From: an uncultured delta proteobacterium
GTDB taxonomy: Bacteria > Desulfobacterota > Binatia > Binatales > Binataceae
DNA: 64,000 nt
Direction: 5' to 3'
NCBI GenBank assembly: GCA_963794325.1
Contig: CAWCDG010000004.1
Span: forward strand, 672,001-736,000
Shown here: positions 36,558-46,283 of the stretch, in pieces
How the letters are laid out: the number at the start of each line of letters is the position of its first letter
How positions within the stretch are numbered: position 1 is the first letter of the stretch
Translations under genes and position numbers: made by a program
The notes under the pieces: generated by a model
What the model saw: only the letters and a program-made list of their open reading frames with translations
Told to the model about the DNA's origin: nothing
Databases searched by the model: none

Positions 36558-38348
36558 GTGGCTGATGATACTTCCGCTAAGAGCCAAGCGGCGACCGACG
36601 CGAACGCTTCTGAGAAACCTCTCGATTCGAGCGGAGCGCCCAAGTCTCCGGGACGGCGGCGCTTCATCGCAGGACTCGGCGCGGCGACTGCTGCCGTCTC
36701 GACTGGAGTCCTCGCTCCGCTCGTCGCCACATCGTCGGCCAGTGCGCGCGAACCCTCGACGGAGTCTATCTTCGGCGCGGCGGCTTCCAGTACTGCGGTA
36801 CCGGCAGGTGTTAGCAACAGCAGATTGGTCCAAGCTTTCTCGATCCGGGTCGGTGAGGCGACGCAGGACGCGCTGGTTGGGCCTGCGGTTAACGTCAACA
36901 ACGGCGATACTGCGCTGTACCCCGACAAGGGCGGCACGTATACGAAGGGGCTTCCGCACGACAGCGTCGGACGGGTGAATCTGAACGCCTTCGCAACCTT
37001 TACGCATGCGTTGAACACCGGAAAGTTTTCGGATTTCGAAAAGATCATCGCAGGCGGCACGCGCACGCAAAACGGTCCACAAGGTGGCTTGGCCTTTGAC
37101 CTGGAGGCGCTCGACAATGTGCAGTTCGGCCGGCCGCAGGTGCCCGCCGCCCCTAAAACGGCCAGCGACCAGACTGCCACCGAGCTGCTCGAACATTACT
37201 GGGCTTCGCTGCTTCGTGATGTGGCCTTCACCGACTATGGTTCGAACGCGATAGCTGCCGCGGCAGCAGCGGAATTGGGATCACAACATACCTACTTTGG
37301 GCCGCGAGACGGCAGTGGCCATGTGACACCGAACTTGTTGTTCCGGGGCGCCTTCCCGGGCGAGACGCTGGGACCTTATATCTCCCAATTTTTCATCACG
37401 CCGACATTCCTGGGCGCCCAACCTATCAGCCAGCAAATGGCGACCTATCTGCCGGGTATCGACTACATGACCAGTTTCTTCGACTGGCTGACAGTGCAGA
37501 ATGGCAATGTCACCGGCCTTGTAAATCAGATCGATCCGGACCTTCGCTATCGGCGTGACGGCAGGGATCTCGCGGCGTTTACCCATCTCGACGTACTTTA
37601 CCAGGCCTACTTCACGGCGCTCCTTGTGCTCGGCACGATTGGTGCGCCGTTGAATCCCGGCAACCCTTATATCGGGTCAACGAGAGAAAATGGCTTCGGC
37701 ACGTTCGGCGGGCCGGATTTTGCGGGGACCCTCACCGAAGTGGCGGTCAAGGCTCTGAATGCGGTCTGGTACCAGAAATGGTTTGTGCATCTCCGGCCTC
37801 GGCCCGAGGCGATTGGCGGCATCGTCCAGCTGATCAAGACCGGGCACAGCAATGAAACCGACGTCACTCTGAGTAACGTGATCCTGAACTCGCAGGGTCT
37901 TGAGGCGAGTTTCAACCTGTATGGGACCTGGCTACTATCGCAAGCGTTTCCTGAGGGCTCGCCGACGCATCCAAGCTATCCGACGGGACACGGCACGGTC
38001 GCGGGCGCTTGCATGACAGTCCTGAAGTTTTTCTTCGACGGAACTTTCGTGATCCCAAGTCCGGTGATGCCCTCGAGCGACGGGCTTTCGCTGTTAGACT
38101 ACACGGGCGGGGATGAGTTGACCGTCAATGGCGAACTCAACAAGCTCGGGCACAACGTCAGTTTCGGTCACGGGATCCATGCCGGCATCCACTGGCGCAG
38201 CGACACGGATACCTCCTTGTTGCTGGGTGAGGCGGTGGCGCTCAGTTTCCTTAGAAATAAGGCGCAGACCTACAATGAGCCGTTCACCGTCAGTCTGACC
38301 AAGTTCGACGGGACGACAGCGACTATCACCAACAAGGGCCACCCGTAG
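36558..38348 (+). CDS. Tat-exported vanadium-dependent haloperoxidase-like (PAP2 superfamily) protein
   Basis: GRRRFIAG Tat motif; YTKGLPHD; QKWFVHLRPRPE; HPSYPTGHG; AGIHWRSD. Confidence 0.85.
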   Translation: MADDTSAKSQAATDANASEKPLDSSGAPKSPGRRRFIAGLGAATAAVSTGVLAPLVATSSASAREPSTESIFGAAASSTAVPAGVSNSRLVQAFSIRVGEATQDALVGPAVNVNNGDTALYPDKGGTYTKGLPHDSVGRVNLNAFATFTHALNTGKFSDFEKIIAGGTRTQNGPQGGLAFDLEALDNVQFGRPQVPAAPKTASDQTATELLEHYWASLLRDVAFTDYGSNAIAAAAAAELGSQHTYFGPRDGSGHVTPNLLFRGAFPGETLGPYISQFFITPTFLGAQPISQQMATYLPGIDYMTSFFDWLTVQNGNVTGLVNQIDPDLRYRRDGRDLAAFTHLDVLYQAYFTALLVLGTIGAPLNPGNPYIGSTRENGFGTFGGPDFAGTLTEVAVKALNAVWYQKWFVHLRPRPEAIGGIVQLIKTGHSNETDVTLSNVILNSQGLEASFNLYGTWLLSQAFPEGSPTHPSYPTGHGTVAGACMTVLKFFFDGTFVIPSPVMPSSDGLSLLDYTGGDELTVNGELNKLGHNVSFGHGIHAGIHWRSDTDTSLLLGEAVALSFLRNKAQTYNEPFTVSLTKFDGTTATITNKGHP

Positions 38349-38357
38349 GAAGACAGA

Positions 38358-39629
38358 TTACTCTTGCAGCGGTTGGTGGGCAGTTTCTTTAAGACTTAGG
38401 ACGAAAATCGCAGACACTATTGCGGCTCCGATGAGTAACATCGGCGGCACCATCTCGTTGTCGGTCTTATCGATTAGATAAGTCGCGACCATTGGGGCGG
38501 TGCCTCCTAGTAGGGCCATGCATAGGTTGTGACTAAGTCCTACTCCGGTGCATCGCACGTTGGCGGGGAATGCTTCCGCTGCGGTGACTGGCGCGACGCC
38601 GTCGAAGGTTGCTATCAGCAATGCGAATCCTATCTGTCCCAGCAGCGGGACGTGGAACATCGGATGCCATAGCAGGTTGAATAGAGGCCAGGAGAAGATG
38701 ATGATCGCGCCGGCGGATAGGAGCAGCATCGGCTTGCGCCCGAATCGATCCGACAGCGCGCCAGCTATCGGCAGCATCACGACGGCAGCGGCCATACCTA
38801 TAGTGTTAATCGCGAGGGCGCGGCTTTTGGCGATACCTACAATCTCGGTCAGGTAGGTTGCCGCGTAGACGAACATCAGGTAGAAGCCAACCGACTCGAG
38901 CACCTTGAAGCCGGCGATTTGCAGGACGCGGCGCCATTGGGTTCGCAGCACCTCGCCGATAGGAGGTGGTGGCTCGTGCGCCACCTTGTCGGCGGTCTGT
39001 AGCTCGCGCCGGATGTAGTAGCCGGCGATACCTATGCTGACACCGGCCAGGAACGGAATCCGCCATCCCCATGACGCGAGCGCCTGTGGCGACATCAGTG
39101 CCGCGACGATCGCGCCGACCGCGGAACCCAGCATCACGCCCGCAAACGCGGCGGCTGCGCCGAACGCGCCGAGCAGTCCGCGGCGATTGCTCGCCGATCC
39201 CTCGACCATGAAGACGACCGAGGTGGTGTATTCGCCGCCGACCGAGAGTCCCTGGATCAAACGCAGCACGACCAGCAGAATCGGCGCCATCACGCCGATT
39301 TGCTCGTGAGTCGGGAGCAGGCCGATGAGGACGGTGGGCACCGCCATCGCGACCACCGAGATCGTAAGCGCCTGTTTCCGTCCGAGGCGATCGCCGATCT
39401 GGCCGAACATCAGCGCGCCAATCGGACGCATCAGGAAGCCCGCGGCGAAGACGCCGAAGGCGTCGATTAGCGACGTCGACTTGCTATGCGACGGGAAAAA
39501 GTTTTCGCCGATCGCGTATGCGAAGAATCCGTAAATCGAAAAGTCGTACCACTCGAGGATATTGCCGGCCATGCCCGCGATCGCCAGCCGGCGCTGCGAG
39601 GTGCCTCCCCGCTCTTCCTCCGCCACCAA
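38358..39629 (-). CDS. MFS transporter, MHS/ProP family
   Basis: GNILEWYDF, MRPIG, DRLGRK, RLIQGLSVGGE. Confidence 0.92.
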   Translation of the reverse strand: MVAEEERGGTSQRRLAIAGMAGNILEWYDFSIYGFFAYAIGENFFPSHSKSTSLIDAFGVFAAGFLMRPIGALMFGQIGDRLGRKQALTISVVAMAVPTVLIGLLPTHEQIGVMAPILLVVLRLIQGLSVGGEYTTSVVFMVEGSASNRRGLLGAFGAAAAFAGVMLGSAVGAIVAALMSPQALASWGWRIPFLAGVSIGIAGYYIRRELQTADKVAHEPPPPIGEVLRTQWRRVLQIAGFKVLESVGFYLMFVYAATYLTEIVGIAKSRALAINTIGMAAAVVMLPIAGALSDRFGRKPMLLLSAGAIIIFSWPLFNLLWHPMFHVPLLGQIGFALLIATFDGVAPVTAAEAFPANVRCTGVGLSHNLCMALLGGTAPMVATYLIDKTDNEMVPPMLLIGAAIVSAIFVLSLKETAHQPLQE

Positions 39630-39673
39630 CTCTTCCCCTGCCGCTAATTTCGCTGGTTCCGTATGTTCACCTG

Positions 39674-40537
39674 CTATTCGAGTACGACTTCGTCACCGAG
39701 CGAGATTATCCCGCCGGTTGCGATGGTCGCGTAAGCGCCCAGATTCTGCGCCGCATCGCGCACGATAGTTCGCAGCACCGAGGGATCCTTCTTCACCCCC
39801 GGCTGATCGAGCGTGGGAATCACGCATCGCACGGTGGGCATCTCGACTTTGATGCGGGTCGCGCCGATTCGAAGGGTCCGTCCCGACCATTCGGCTTCGA
39901 CCAGTCCTTCGATTCCGCGCGTGGTCTCGATCAAAACGTTGGGACGGAAGCGGCGCGAGTCGAAATCGGCGGTGGGATTGCGAATGGCGAGCGCGTTCAA
40001 CGACGCGGTCGTTAGCACCTGGAATGGAAACGCGTCGAAGTAGGTGCCGAACGGCGAGGTGAATTCGAGAATCTGTCGCGGCAGCGTCGAGAGATCGGGG
40101 AGCGGCTCATTTTCGAGGCGGCCGAAGACCTCGCGCAATTCGGCCATCATGTCGGGATTGTCGGGCGCCGCGCGCTTGAGGAAGTCGCGCTCGGTCGGCG
40201 GCTGGATCGGCCAGATCGAAACGGGACGTCCCAGGAGTTCGGACAGGTGTGCGTTTGCTTCCGCGGAGTCGGAGCGGAACGTCGTCCCATTGGGCATCGT
40301 GATCTGCGCGGGCGGGACGCCGCTCGCGGACGGCTCGCTGATATAGACGGCGGTGCAATGGAGCAGTGCGGGCAGCTTGCGCGCGTTGCGAATCTCGCCG
40401 GCCTTTTCGTCGCGAATCGCCCATCCGCGATCTCCATGGATTCCGAGAGCGCCGACGTTCGCGCGCTGAAGGCGTTCGCCCGCCATCGACTTGACCGGGT
40501 AGCGCCAGATTTCCTTGATCGTGCCGATTATCTGCAT
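39674..40537 (-). CDS. MOSC domain protein
   Basis: WRYPVKSMAGE, GDR, RRFRPN, RC. Confidence 0.9.
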   Translation of the reverse strand: MQIIGTIKEIWRYPVKSMAGERLQRANVGALGIHGDRGWAIRDEKAGEIRNARKLPALLHCTAVYISEPSASGVPPAQITMPNGTTFRSDSAEANAHLSELLGRPVSIWPIQPPTERDFLKRAAPDNPDMMAELREVFGRLENEPLPDLSTLPRQILEFTSPFGTYFDAFPFQVLTTASLNALAIRNPTADFDSRRFRPNVLIETTRGIEGLVEAEWSGRTLRIGATRIKVEMPTVRCVIPTLDQPGVKKDPSVLRTIVRDAAQNLGAYATIATGGIISLGDEVVLE

Positions 40538-40556
40538 TGAAAATCTCCCCGAGAAT

Positions 40557-40574
40557 CACAGGCTAAAGCCTGTG
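40557..40574. repeat. Short REP-like hairpin
   Basis: CACAGGCT-AA-AGCCTGTG perfect palindrome between genes; single copy in the window. Confidence 0.4.
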
Positions 40575-40578
40575 CCAC

Positions 40579-40956
40579 TTACAGACTGCGCGCCGTCAGC
40601 TCGCCCGAACAGTTCGGGCACACGTGTTTCATCTGGGCCGCGCAGTCGGGACAGAAGGTGCATTGAAATGAACAGCACTGCGCGGGAGCAGGAGGCGCCA
40701 GCGCCTTGCCGCACTTCTCGCACTTGTCTTTTACGGCGGTCATCATCTTGAGCAGCGCGGAATTCTGCTGTTCGCGCTCGGCGCCGGCGAGCAATGCCGC
40801 GCGCGCTTTCGCGTTGCGCTCGCTGGCGGCGAACGACTGGTAGATGTTGGCGCCGCCGTGCTCGAGCCGCGCGAGGATCACCATCATCTCGCGGCGCGAC
40901 TTGCCTTCGAGCAGCGATGCGATCACCCGGTCGGGAGACAGGTCATTTTCAGCCAT
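40579..40956 (-). CDS. Helical N-domain fused to a DUF1272-like Cys-rich domain
   Basis: CEKC...CSFQCTFCPDC...CPNCSGEL. Confidence 0.75.
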   Translation of the reverse strand: MAENDLSPDRVIASLLEGKSRREMMVILARLEHGGANIYQSFAASERNAKARAALLAGAEREQQNSALLKMMTAVKDKCEKCGKALAPPAPAQCCSFQCTFCPDCAAQMKHVCPNCSGELTARSL

Positions 40957-41093
40957 CGTATTTCCTCATCGGCACGATTACTTGACGGTGTGAGGATGTT
41001 TGGCATCATTTCGTAGCGCCATCAAGCGTCGTGGGCGAGGTGTTCGCCGCGCACTGCGGCGGCGTATTATATTGCGACGACGGGCGGGTAATC

Positions 41094-42203
41094 GTGAAAG
41101 TCAAAGCTGCAATCGCGAACAAGGCCGGCGAGCCGCTCGAGGTCGCAAGCGTCGAGCTCGAAGGGCCAAAGGCCTGCGAGGTGCTGGTCGAAATCAAGGC
41201 CACGGGAATCTGCCACACCGACGCATACACTTTGTCGGGCGCCGATCCGGAAGGTCTCTTCCCCGCGATCCTTGGGCATGAAGGCGCGGGCGTCGTAGTC
41301 GAAACCGGGCCGGGCGTGACGACGCTGAAGCGCGGCGATCACGTAATCCCGCTGTACATTCCGGAATGCCGCAATTGTCCCGCCTGCCTCTCGGGCAAGA
41401 CCAATCTATGCACTGCGATTCGCGAGACGCAGGGGCGCGGCGTGATGCCCGACGGCACCAGCAGATTTTCGCGGGGCGGGAAACCGCTGCATCATTATAT
41501 GGGGACGTCGACGTTCGCGAATTTCACCGTGGTGCCCGAGATTGCGCTGGCGAAGGTCCGCGAGGACGCGTCGTTCGAAAAGATTTGTTACATCGGATGC
41601 GGCGTGACGACTGGAATCGGCGCGGTGCTGAATACCGCGAAGGTGCAAGCCGGCGATCGAGTGGTGGTATTCGGGCTCGGCGGGATCGGGCTCAACGTGC
41701 TGCAAGGTGCGCGGCTGGCGGGCGCGTCGATGATCGTCGGGGTCGATCTGAATCCCGCGCGCAAACCGATCGCCGAGAAGTTCGGCATGACGCATTTCGT
41801 GAATCCCGCGGAGGTCGAGGGTGAGCTGGTGCCGCATCTCGTGAACCTGACGCGCGGCGGCGCGGATTTTTCTTTCGAATGCATCGGCAACGTGAAGCTG
41901 ATGCGGCAGGCGCTCGAATGCTGTCAGCGGGGATGGGGCACCAGCGTGATTATCGGCGTCGCGGGCGCGGGGCAGGAGATTTCGACGCGGCCGTTTCAGC
42001 TCGTGACGGGACGCACTTGGAAAGGCACGGCGTTTGGCGGCGCGCGCGGGCGTCGCGACGTGCCGAAAATCGTCGATTGGTACATGGAAGGCAGGATCAA
42101 TATCGACGATCTGATCACGCACGTGATGCCACTCGACAAAATCAACGACGCGTTTCAGTTGATGCATGAAGGGAAGTCGATTCGCAGCGTGGTGACGTTC
42201 TAA
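41094..42203 (+). CDS. frmA: S-(hydroxymethyl)glutathione dehydrogenase / class III alcohol dehydrogenase
   Basis: GICHTDAYTLSGADPEG, ISTRPFQLVTGR.WKGTAFGG. Confidence 0.93.
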   Translation: MKVKAAIANKAGEPLEVASVELEGPKACEVLVEIKATGICHTDAYTLSGADPEGLFPAILGHEGAGVVVETGPGVTTLKRGDHVIPLYIPECRNCPACLSGKTNLCTAIRETQGRGVMPDGTSRFSRGGKPLHHYMGTSTFANFTVVPEIALAKVREDASFEKICYIGCGVTTGIGAVLNTAKVQAGDRVVVFGLGGIGLNVLQGARLAGASMIVGVDLNPARKPIAEKFGMTHFVNPAEVEGELVPHLVNLTRGGADFSFECIGNVKLMRQALECCQRGWGTSVIIGVAGAGQEISTRPFQLVTGRTWKGTAFGGARGRRDVPKIVDWYMEGRINIDDLITHVMPLDKINDAFQLMHEGKSIRSVVTF

Positions 42204-42215
42204 TTTTTCGGTTTG

Positions 42216-42632
42216 ATGCAGGCAAAAATACATTGCGCGTTGGTATTTTCGATTGTCGCGTGCGCGATTGCGCTTGCTGGATGCTCGTCGCATCAGACGC
42301 AGCAGCAGAAGTTCGTGGACGCGATGAATCACGGCAACGCCGCGCAGGCCAACCAGATTTGGCTCCACATGGACGCCAAGAGCCGCGCCGATTTTTCGCA
42401 CAGCCAGGGGATGACGCCAGAGACGTCGCCTGACGACGTGAAAAAGCAGGTGATGCAGCACTACCAGGACAAGATGGGCAGCGATGAGGAGAATGACGGC
42501 GAAACGATCGAAAGGCCGACGCCGAATGTCCATCTCGGTGGCTTGGAGAGCCTTCCCGAGTGGGTCGGACCGACCGGCGCGGCACCGCAGGCAGTCACAG
42601 TGCCGACCACCCGGAACGAGCCGTCGAATTAG
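42216..42632 (+). CDS. Hypothetical lipoprotein
   Basis: Lipobox LAGC. Confidence 0.65.
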   Translation: MQAKIHCALVFSIVACAIALAGCSSHQTQQQKFVDAMNHGNAAQANQIWLHMDAKSRADFSHSQGMTPETSPDDVKKQVMQHYQDKMGSDEENDGETIERPTPNVHLGGLESLPEWVGPTGAAPQAVTVPTTRNEPSN

Positions 42633-42643
42633 GCCGGGCATCG

Positions 42644-43798
42644 ATGGAGTTTGGGCCCACCGCCGAGCAGAAGCTGCTGCAAGAGACGCTGCGCGACTTC
42701 GCACGGCGCGAGCTGCTTCCGAATTACGCGTCGCACGACGCGGACAAGGATCTGCCGCCGGCGCTGGTGAGGAAACTCGGCGAGATGGGCCTGCTTGCGC
42801 CGACGGTCGATACGCATCTGGGCGGATCGAAGCTGGACTACGTGTCGCTCGGAATCGCGCATGAGGAAATCGCGCGCGGCGATTTCAATGCCGCATATGT
42901 GCTTTTACTGGCAGCGCTGGTCGGCGCGATAATCTCGCGCAGCGGCGACGAACGTCAGCAGGCTGCGTACCTACCATCGATATGTCGCGGTGAAACTATC
43001 GCGGCGCTCGCGGTGACCGAGCCCGGCGGTGGCTCCGACGCGGCGCATATAATGATGCAAGCGCGTCGCGACGGGGATAACTACGTCCTGAGCGGCGAGA
43101 AAACTTCGATCTCATTTTCATCATCAGCAAACACCGCCCTCCTCCTCGCGCGCACCGGGTCACCGGAGCAGGCCGCGCGAGGGGTCAGTGCGTTCTATGT
43201 CGATCTCAACTCGCCGGGCGTATCGCGCACGCGCTTTCACGACATGGGTTCGCGCGCGATCGGACGCGGCCAGCTATTTTTCGACGGCGTGCGAGTGCCC
43301 GCGGCTGATCGCATCGGCGCAGAGGGCGCGGGCTTTGTCGACGTGATGCAGGGATTCGATTTCAGCCGTTCGCTGATCGGACTGATGTGCATCGGGGCCG
43401 CCGAGCAGAGCGTCGAGGAAACTTGTGAGTATGTCGCGGAGCGGCAGGCGTTTGGAGCGCCGCTCGCGCGGTTCGAGGGAGTGTCATTTCCGCTCGCTGA
43501 AGCGGCGGTTCGGCTGCGCGCGGCACGTCTGCTTTGTTACGAAGCGCTGTGGCTGAAGGATCGCGGCGAACCGCATGGATGGCTCGCGGCGGGAGCAAAG
43601 TGGCTCGCGCCAGAGCTGTGCGCCGACGTTTTGCACCAATGCATTCTGCTCTACGGGCATCTGGGCTTCAGCCTCGATTTCCCGCATCAGCAGCGGATGC
43701 GCGACGTGATCGGACTCGAGATTGGCGACGGCACCGCGCAAATTATGAAGACGATTGTCGCGCGCGAGATTATCGGCAAGACTGCTCGCCCGTACTAG
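42644..43798 (+). CDS. Acyl-CoA dehydrogenase (cyclohexanecarboxyl-CoA dehydrogenase-like)
   Basis: TEPGGGSD, GEKTSIS, RQAFG, IGDGTAQIMK. Confidence 0.9.
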   Translation: MEFGPTAEQKLLQETLRDFARRELLPNYASHDADKDLPPALVRKLGEMGLLAPTVDTHLGGSKLDYVSLGIAHEEIARGDFNAAYVLLLAALVGAIISRSGDERQQAAYLPSICRGETIAALAVTEPGGGSDAAHIMMQARRDGDNYVLSGEKTSISFSSSANTALLLARTGSPEQAARGVSAFYVDLNSPGVSRTRFHDMGSRAIGRGQLFFDGVRVPAADRIGAEGAGFVDVMQGFDFSRSLIGLMCIGAAEQSVEETCEYVAERQAFGAPLARFEGVSFPLAEAAVRLRAARLLCYEALWLKDRGEPHGWLAAGAKWLAPELCADVLHQCILLYGHLGFSLDFPHQQRMRDVIGLEIGDGTAQIMKTIVAREIIGKTARPY

Positions 43799-43821
43799 TT
43801 CGAATGGGAGACGGTAGCTGC

Positions 43822-46236
43822 ATGGCTGGGACGAAATGGCCGATCGTGTGGGACGCGCGATGGATTTGGGCCGGGCCTGCGCCGTTGCCGGTGTCGCCGA
43901 TCGGCGCCGCGAACATTCCGCCGAAAGAAACCTGGAATCGATTCTGCTATCTGCGACGGACTGTTCAACTCGATGCGATCCCAGCGGCGGTGCCCGCGCG
44001 AGTGACGGCCGACTCGCGCTTCGTGCTGTTTGTCAACGGCGTCGAAGTCGCGCGCGGGCCGGCGCGATCGATACCAGAGCGGCTGGCATGGACCGAGATC
44101 GATCTCGCGCCGTACCTTCGCGCGGGGCGAAACGCGATCGCGGCGCTGGTGCGATTTTACGGAGTGCCGGGACCATGGTGGCGTCCCGCGGCGCCGAGCT
44201 TCCTGATTGGCTTTGGATCGTTCGCGTTTGAAGCGCCGGTTATCGGCGTGATCTCGGACGCGTCGTGGAAAGGACGCGCCGCGCCGTATCGGCAGGACGT
44301 CGTGCGGGGTGCGGCTCTGCCGGTGCCGCCGACTGAAATCCTCGATGGCGCTGCGATTCCCGCCGGATGGAACGACGCGGCATTCGACGATTCCGATTGG
44401 CCGCCCGCGGTCGAATTGTCGGCGGGCACTTTTTCATACAATCGGATGCGAATCCCGGTCGAGCCTTTTACCTCACCCGAGCCTGACCAGATTGCGCCAC
44501 TGACTTCGATTCCGATCGCGCTGACAGAAATATCGCGTCGTTCGGTGGCGGCGCTCAACAGCGACGATCCGCGCGGCGCGTATCCGACGATCGAGCAGGC
44601 CGCTGACGGTCCCGACACGATCGTCAATTTCGACGCGGGCATGATCACGCTCGCGACGCCGTGGGCCGTCGTGCGCGGTCCCGCGGGTTCAATCGTCGAT
44701 GTCTACTGCGGCGAGGACGCGCGCGCCGACGGCAGCGCGGAGACGCAGCCTCGCCAATTTGCGATGCGGTATATCCTACGCGGCGAAGGGGCAGAACGGT
44801 TCGACTCGTACGAGGCGGTCGGCTTCCGTTATCTGTCGGTCGTCGCGCGCGGCGGTGCGCAGCTCGAGTCGGCAGGTGCAATCGAGCGGCGCTATCCGCG
44901 CGGCGACGAGGCGTACTTCGAATGTGACGACCTGGCGCTCAACAAAATCTGGCGGGTCGGCGCGCGCACGCTGGAACTCTGCTCGACCGACGCCTTCATC
45001 GATTGTCCCGGCCGCGAGCAGCGCGCGTGGCTCGGCGACTCCTACATCCACGCGCTGTTGACGTACGTGACCAACACCGACTGGCGCCTCGTACGACGCC
45101 ATCTGCGAATCTGCGCGCATTCGCGGCGCGGCGACGGTCTGCTCGCGATGGCTGCGGCCTGCGACTTCTCGATTTCGTCGACCACGATTCCCGACTACTC
45201 GTTGCATTGGATTCGTGCGCTCGCGCGCTACTTCGAATATTCGGGCGACAGTGCGACGGTTCGCGAGTTGATGCCGACCGCAGTCGGCGTGCTGTCGGCG
45301 TTCGAGCGTTATCGCGCGCCGGACGGATTGATTCGCGGGATGCCGGGATGGACCTTCATCGACTGGGCAATGACCGAGCGGTCGGAAGTTACCGGCGCGC
45401 TCGATGCTCTTTACGCCGCGGCTCTCGATGACTTCGCATCGCTCGCTGAAAATGTCATGGCGGATTCGAGCACGGCGACCGATGCTCGCGCACGCGCTCA
45501 GCGGACTCGGCGCGCATTCGAGCTGCTGTGGGACGAGGCCGCGGGCGTGTACGTTGACGCGGCGGATCGCAACGGCGCGCGGCGTCGCGTCAGTCAGCAA
45601 ACGAATGCGATCGCGATCGTGTCAGGATGCGCTCCACGCGAACGCTGGCCACGGATGCTCGACTACATCCTCGATGAATCGCGCGTCGTTATCACGCCGA
45701 CGATTGCCGACAACCTCGCCGCGTACTTGCGGCAGCGAATGGATCCCGCAGAGCACATGAAATTCGACGTCGAGCATGACGTGGTCGCGGCGCAGCCGTT
45801 TTTCTCGCATATCGTTCACGACGCGATCGTCCGCGCGAGGCGCCTCGATCTTATTCCCGCGCGATGCATGAAATGGTGGCCGCAGATCGAGCGCGGCGAC
45901 ACCGCGTTCGAGGAGTACTGGGACGCGCGCATCGGCACTGGGAGCCGATGTCACGCATGGTCGGCGACGCCAACCTACGATTTGACGACCTGGGTTCTCG
46001 GGGTGAGGCCGGCCGCGCCGGGCTATTCGCGCGCGGAAATCGCGCCGCAGTTCGGCAAGCTCGGGCATCTCGAGGGCCGCGTCCCAACTCCGCGGGGATT
46101 GATCGAACTTAAGCTGGATCGCGAAGCTGGCGGCGAGATTGCGATTCCGGACGGCGTCACGGCGATCGTGCGATTCGACGACGCGGCTCTCACGGGCGGC
46201 GAGCTCGGCCCGGGGCGGCATCGCATTTCCCGTTGA
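43822..46236 (+). CDS. Alpha-L-rhamnosidase-like glycoside hydrolase (GH78)
   Basis: TADSRFVLFVNG, DCPGREQRAWLGD, FIDW, SRCHAWS. Confidence 0.85.
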   Translation: MAGTKWPIVWDARWIWAGPAPLPVSPIGAANIPPKETWNRFCYLRRTVQLDAIPAAVPARVTADSRFVLFVNGVEVARGPARSIPERLAWTEIDLAPYLRAGRNAIAALVRFYGVPGPWWRPAAPSFLIGFGSFAFEAPVIGVISDASWKGRAAPYRQDVVRGAALPVPPTEILDGAAIPAGWNDAAFDDSDWPPAVELSAGTFSYNRMRIPVEPFTSPEPDQIAPLTSIPIALTEISRRSVAALNSDDPRGAYPTIEQAADGPDTIVNFDAGMITLATPWAVVRGPAGSIVDVYCGEDARADGSAETQPRQFAMRYILRGEGAERFDSYEAVGFRYLSVVARGGAQLESAGAIERRYPRGDEAYFECDDLALNKIWRVGARTLELCSTDAFIDCPGREQRAWLGDSYIHALLTYVTNTDWRLVRRHLRICAHSRRGDGLLAMAAACDFSISSTTIPDYSLHWIRALARYFEYSGDSATVRELMPTAVGVLSAFERYRAPDGLIRGMPGWTFIDWAMTERSEVTGALDALYAAALDDFASLAENVMADSSTATDARARAQRTRRAFELLWDEAAGVYVDAADRNGARRRVSQQTNAIAIVSGCAPRERWPRMLDYILDESRVVITPTIADNLAAYLRQRMDPAEHMKFDVEHDVVAAQPFFSHIVHDAIVRARRLDLIPARCMKWWPQIERGDTAFEEYWDARIGTGSRCHAWSATPTYDLTTWVLGVRPAAPGYSRAEIAPQFGKLGHLEGRVPTPRGLIELKLDREAGGEIAIPDGVTAIVRFDDAALTGGELGPGRHRISR

Positions 46237-46283
46237 CGCTTCCCTGCCGGACAGTGTTAAGAATCGAGCGGCGCTGAACATTC

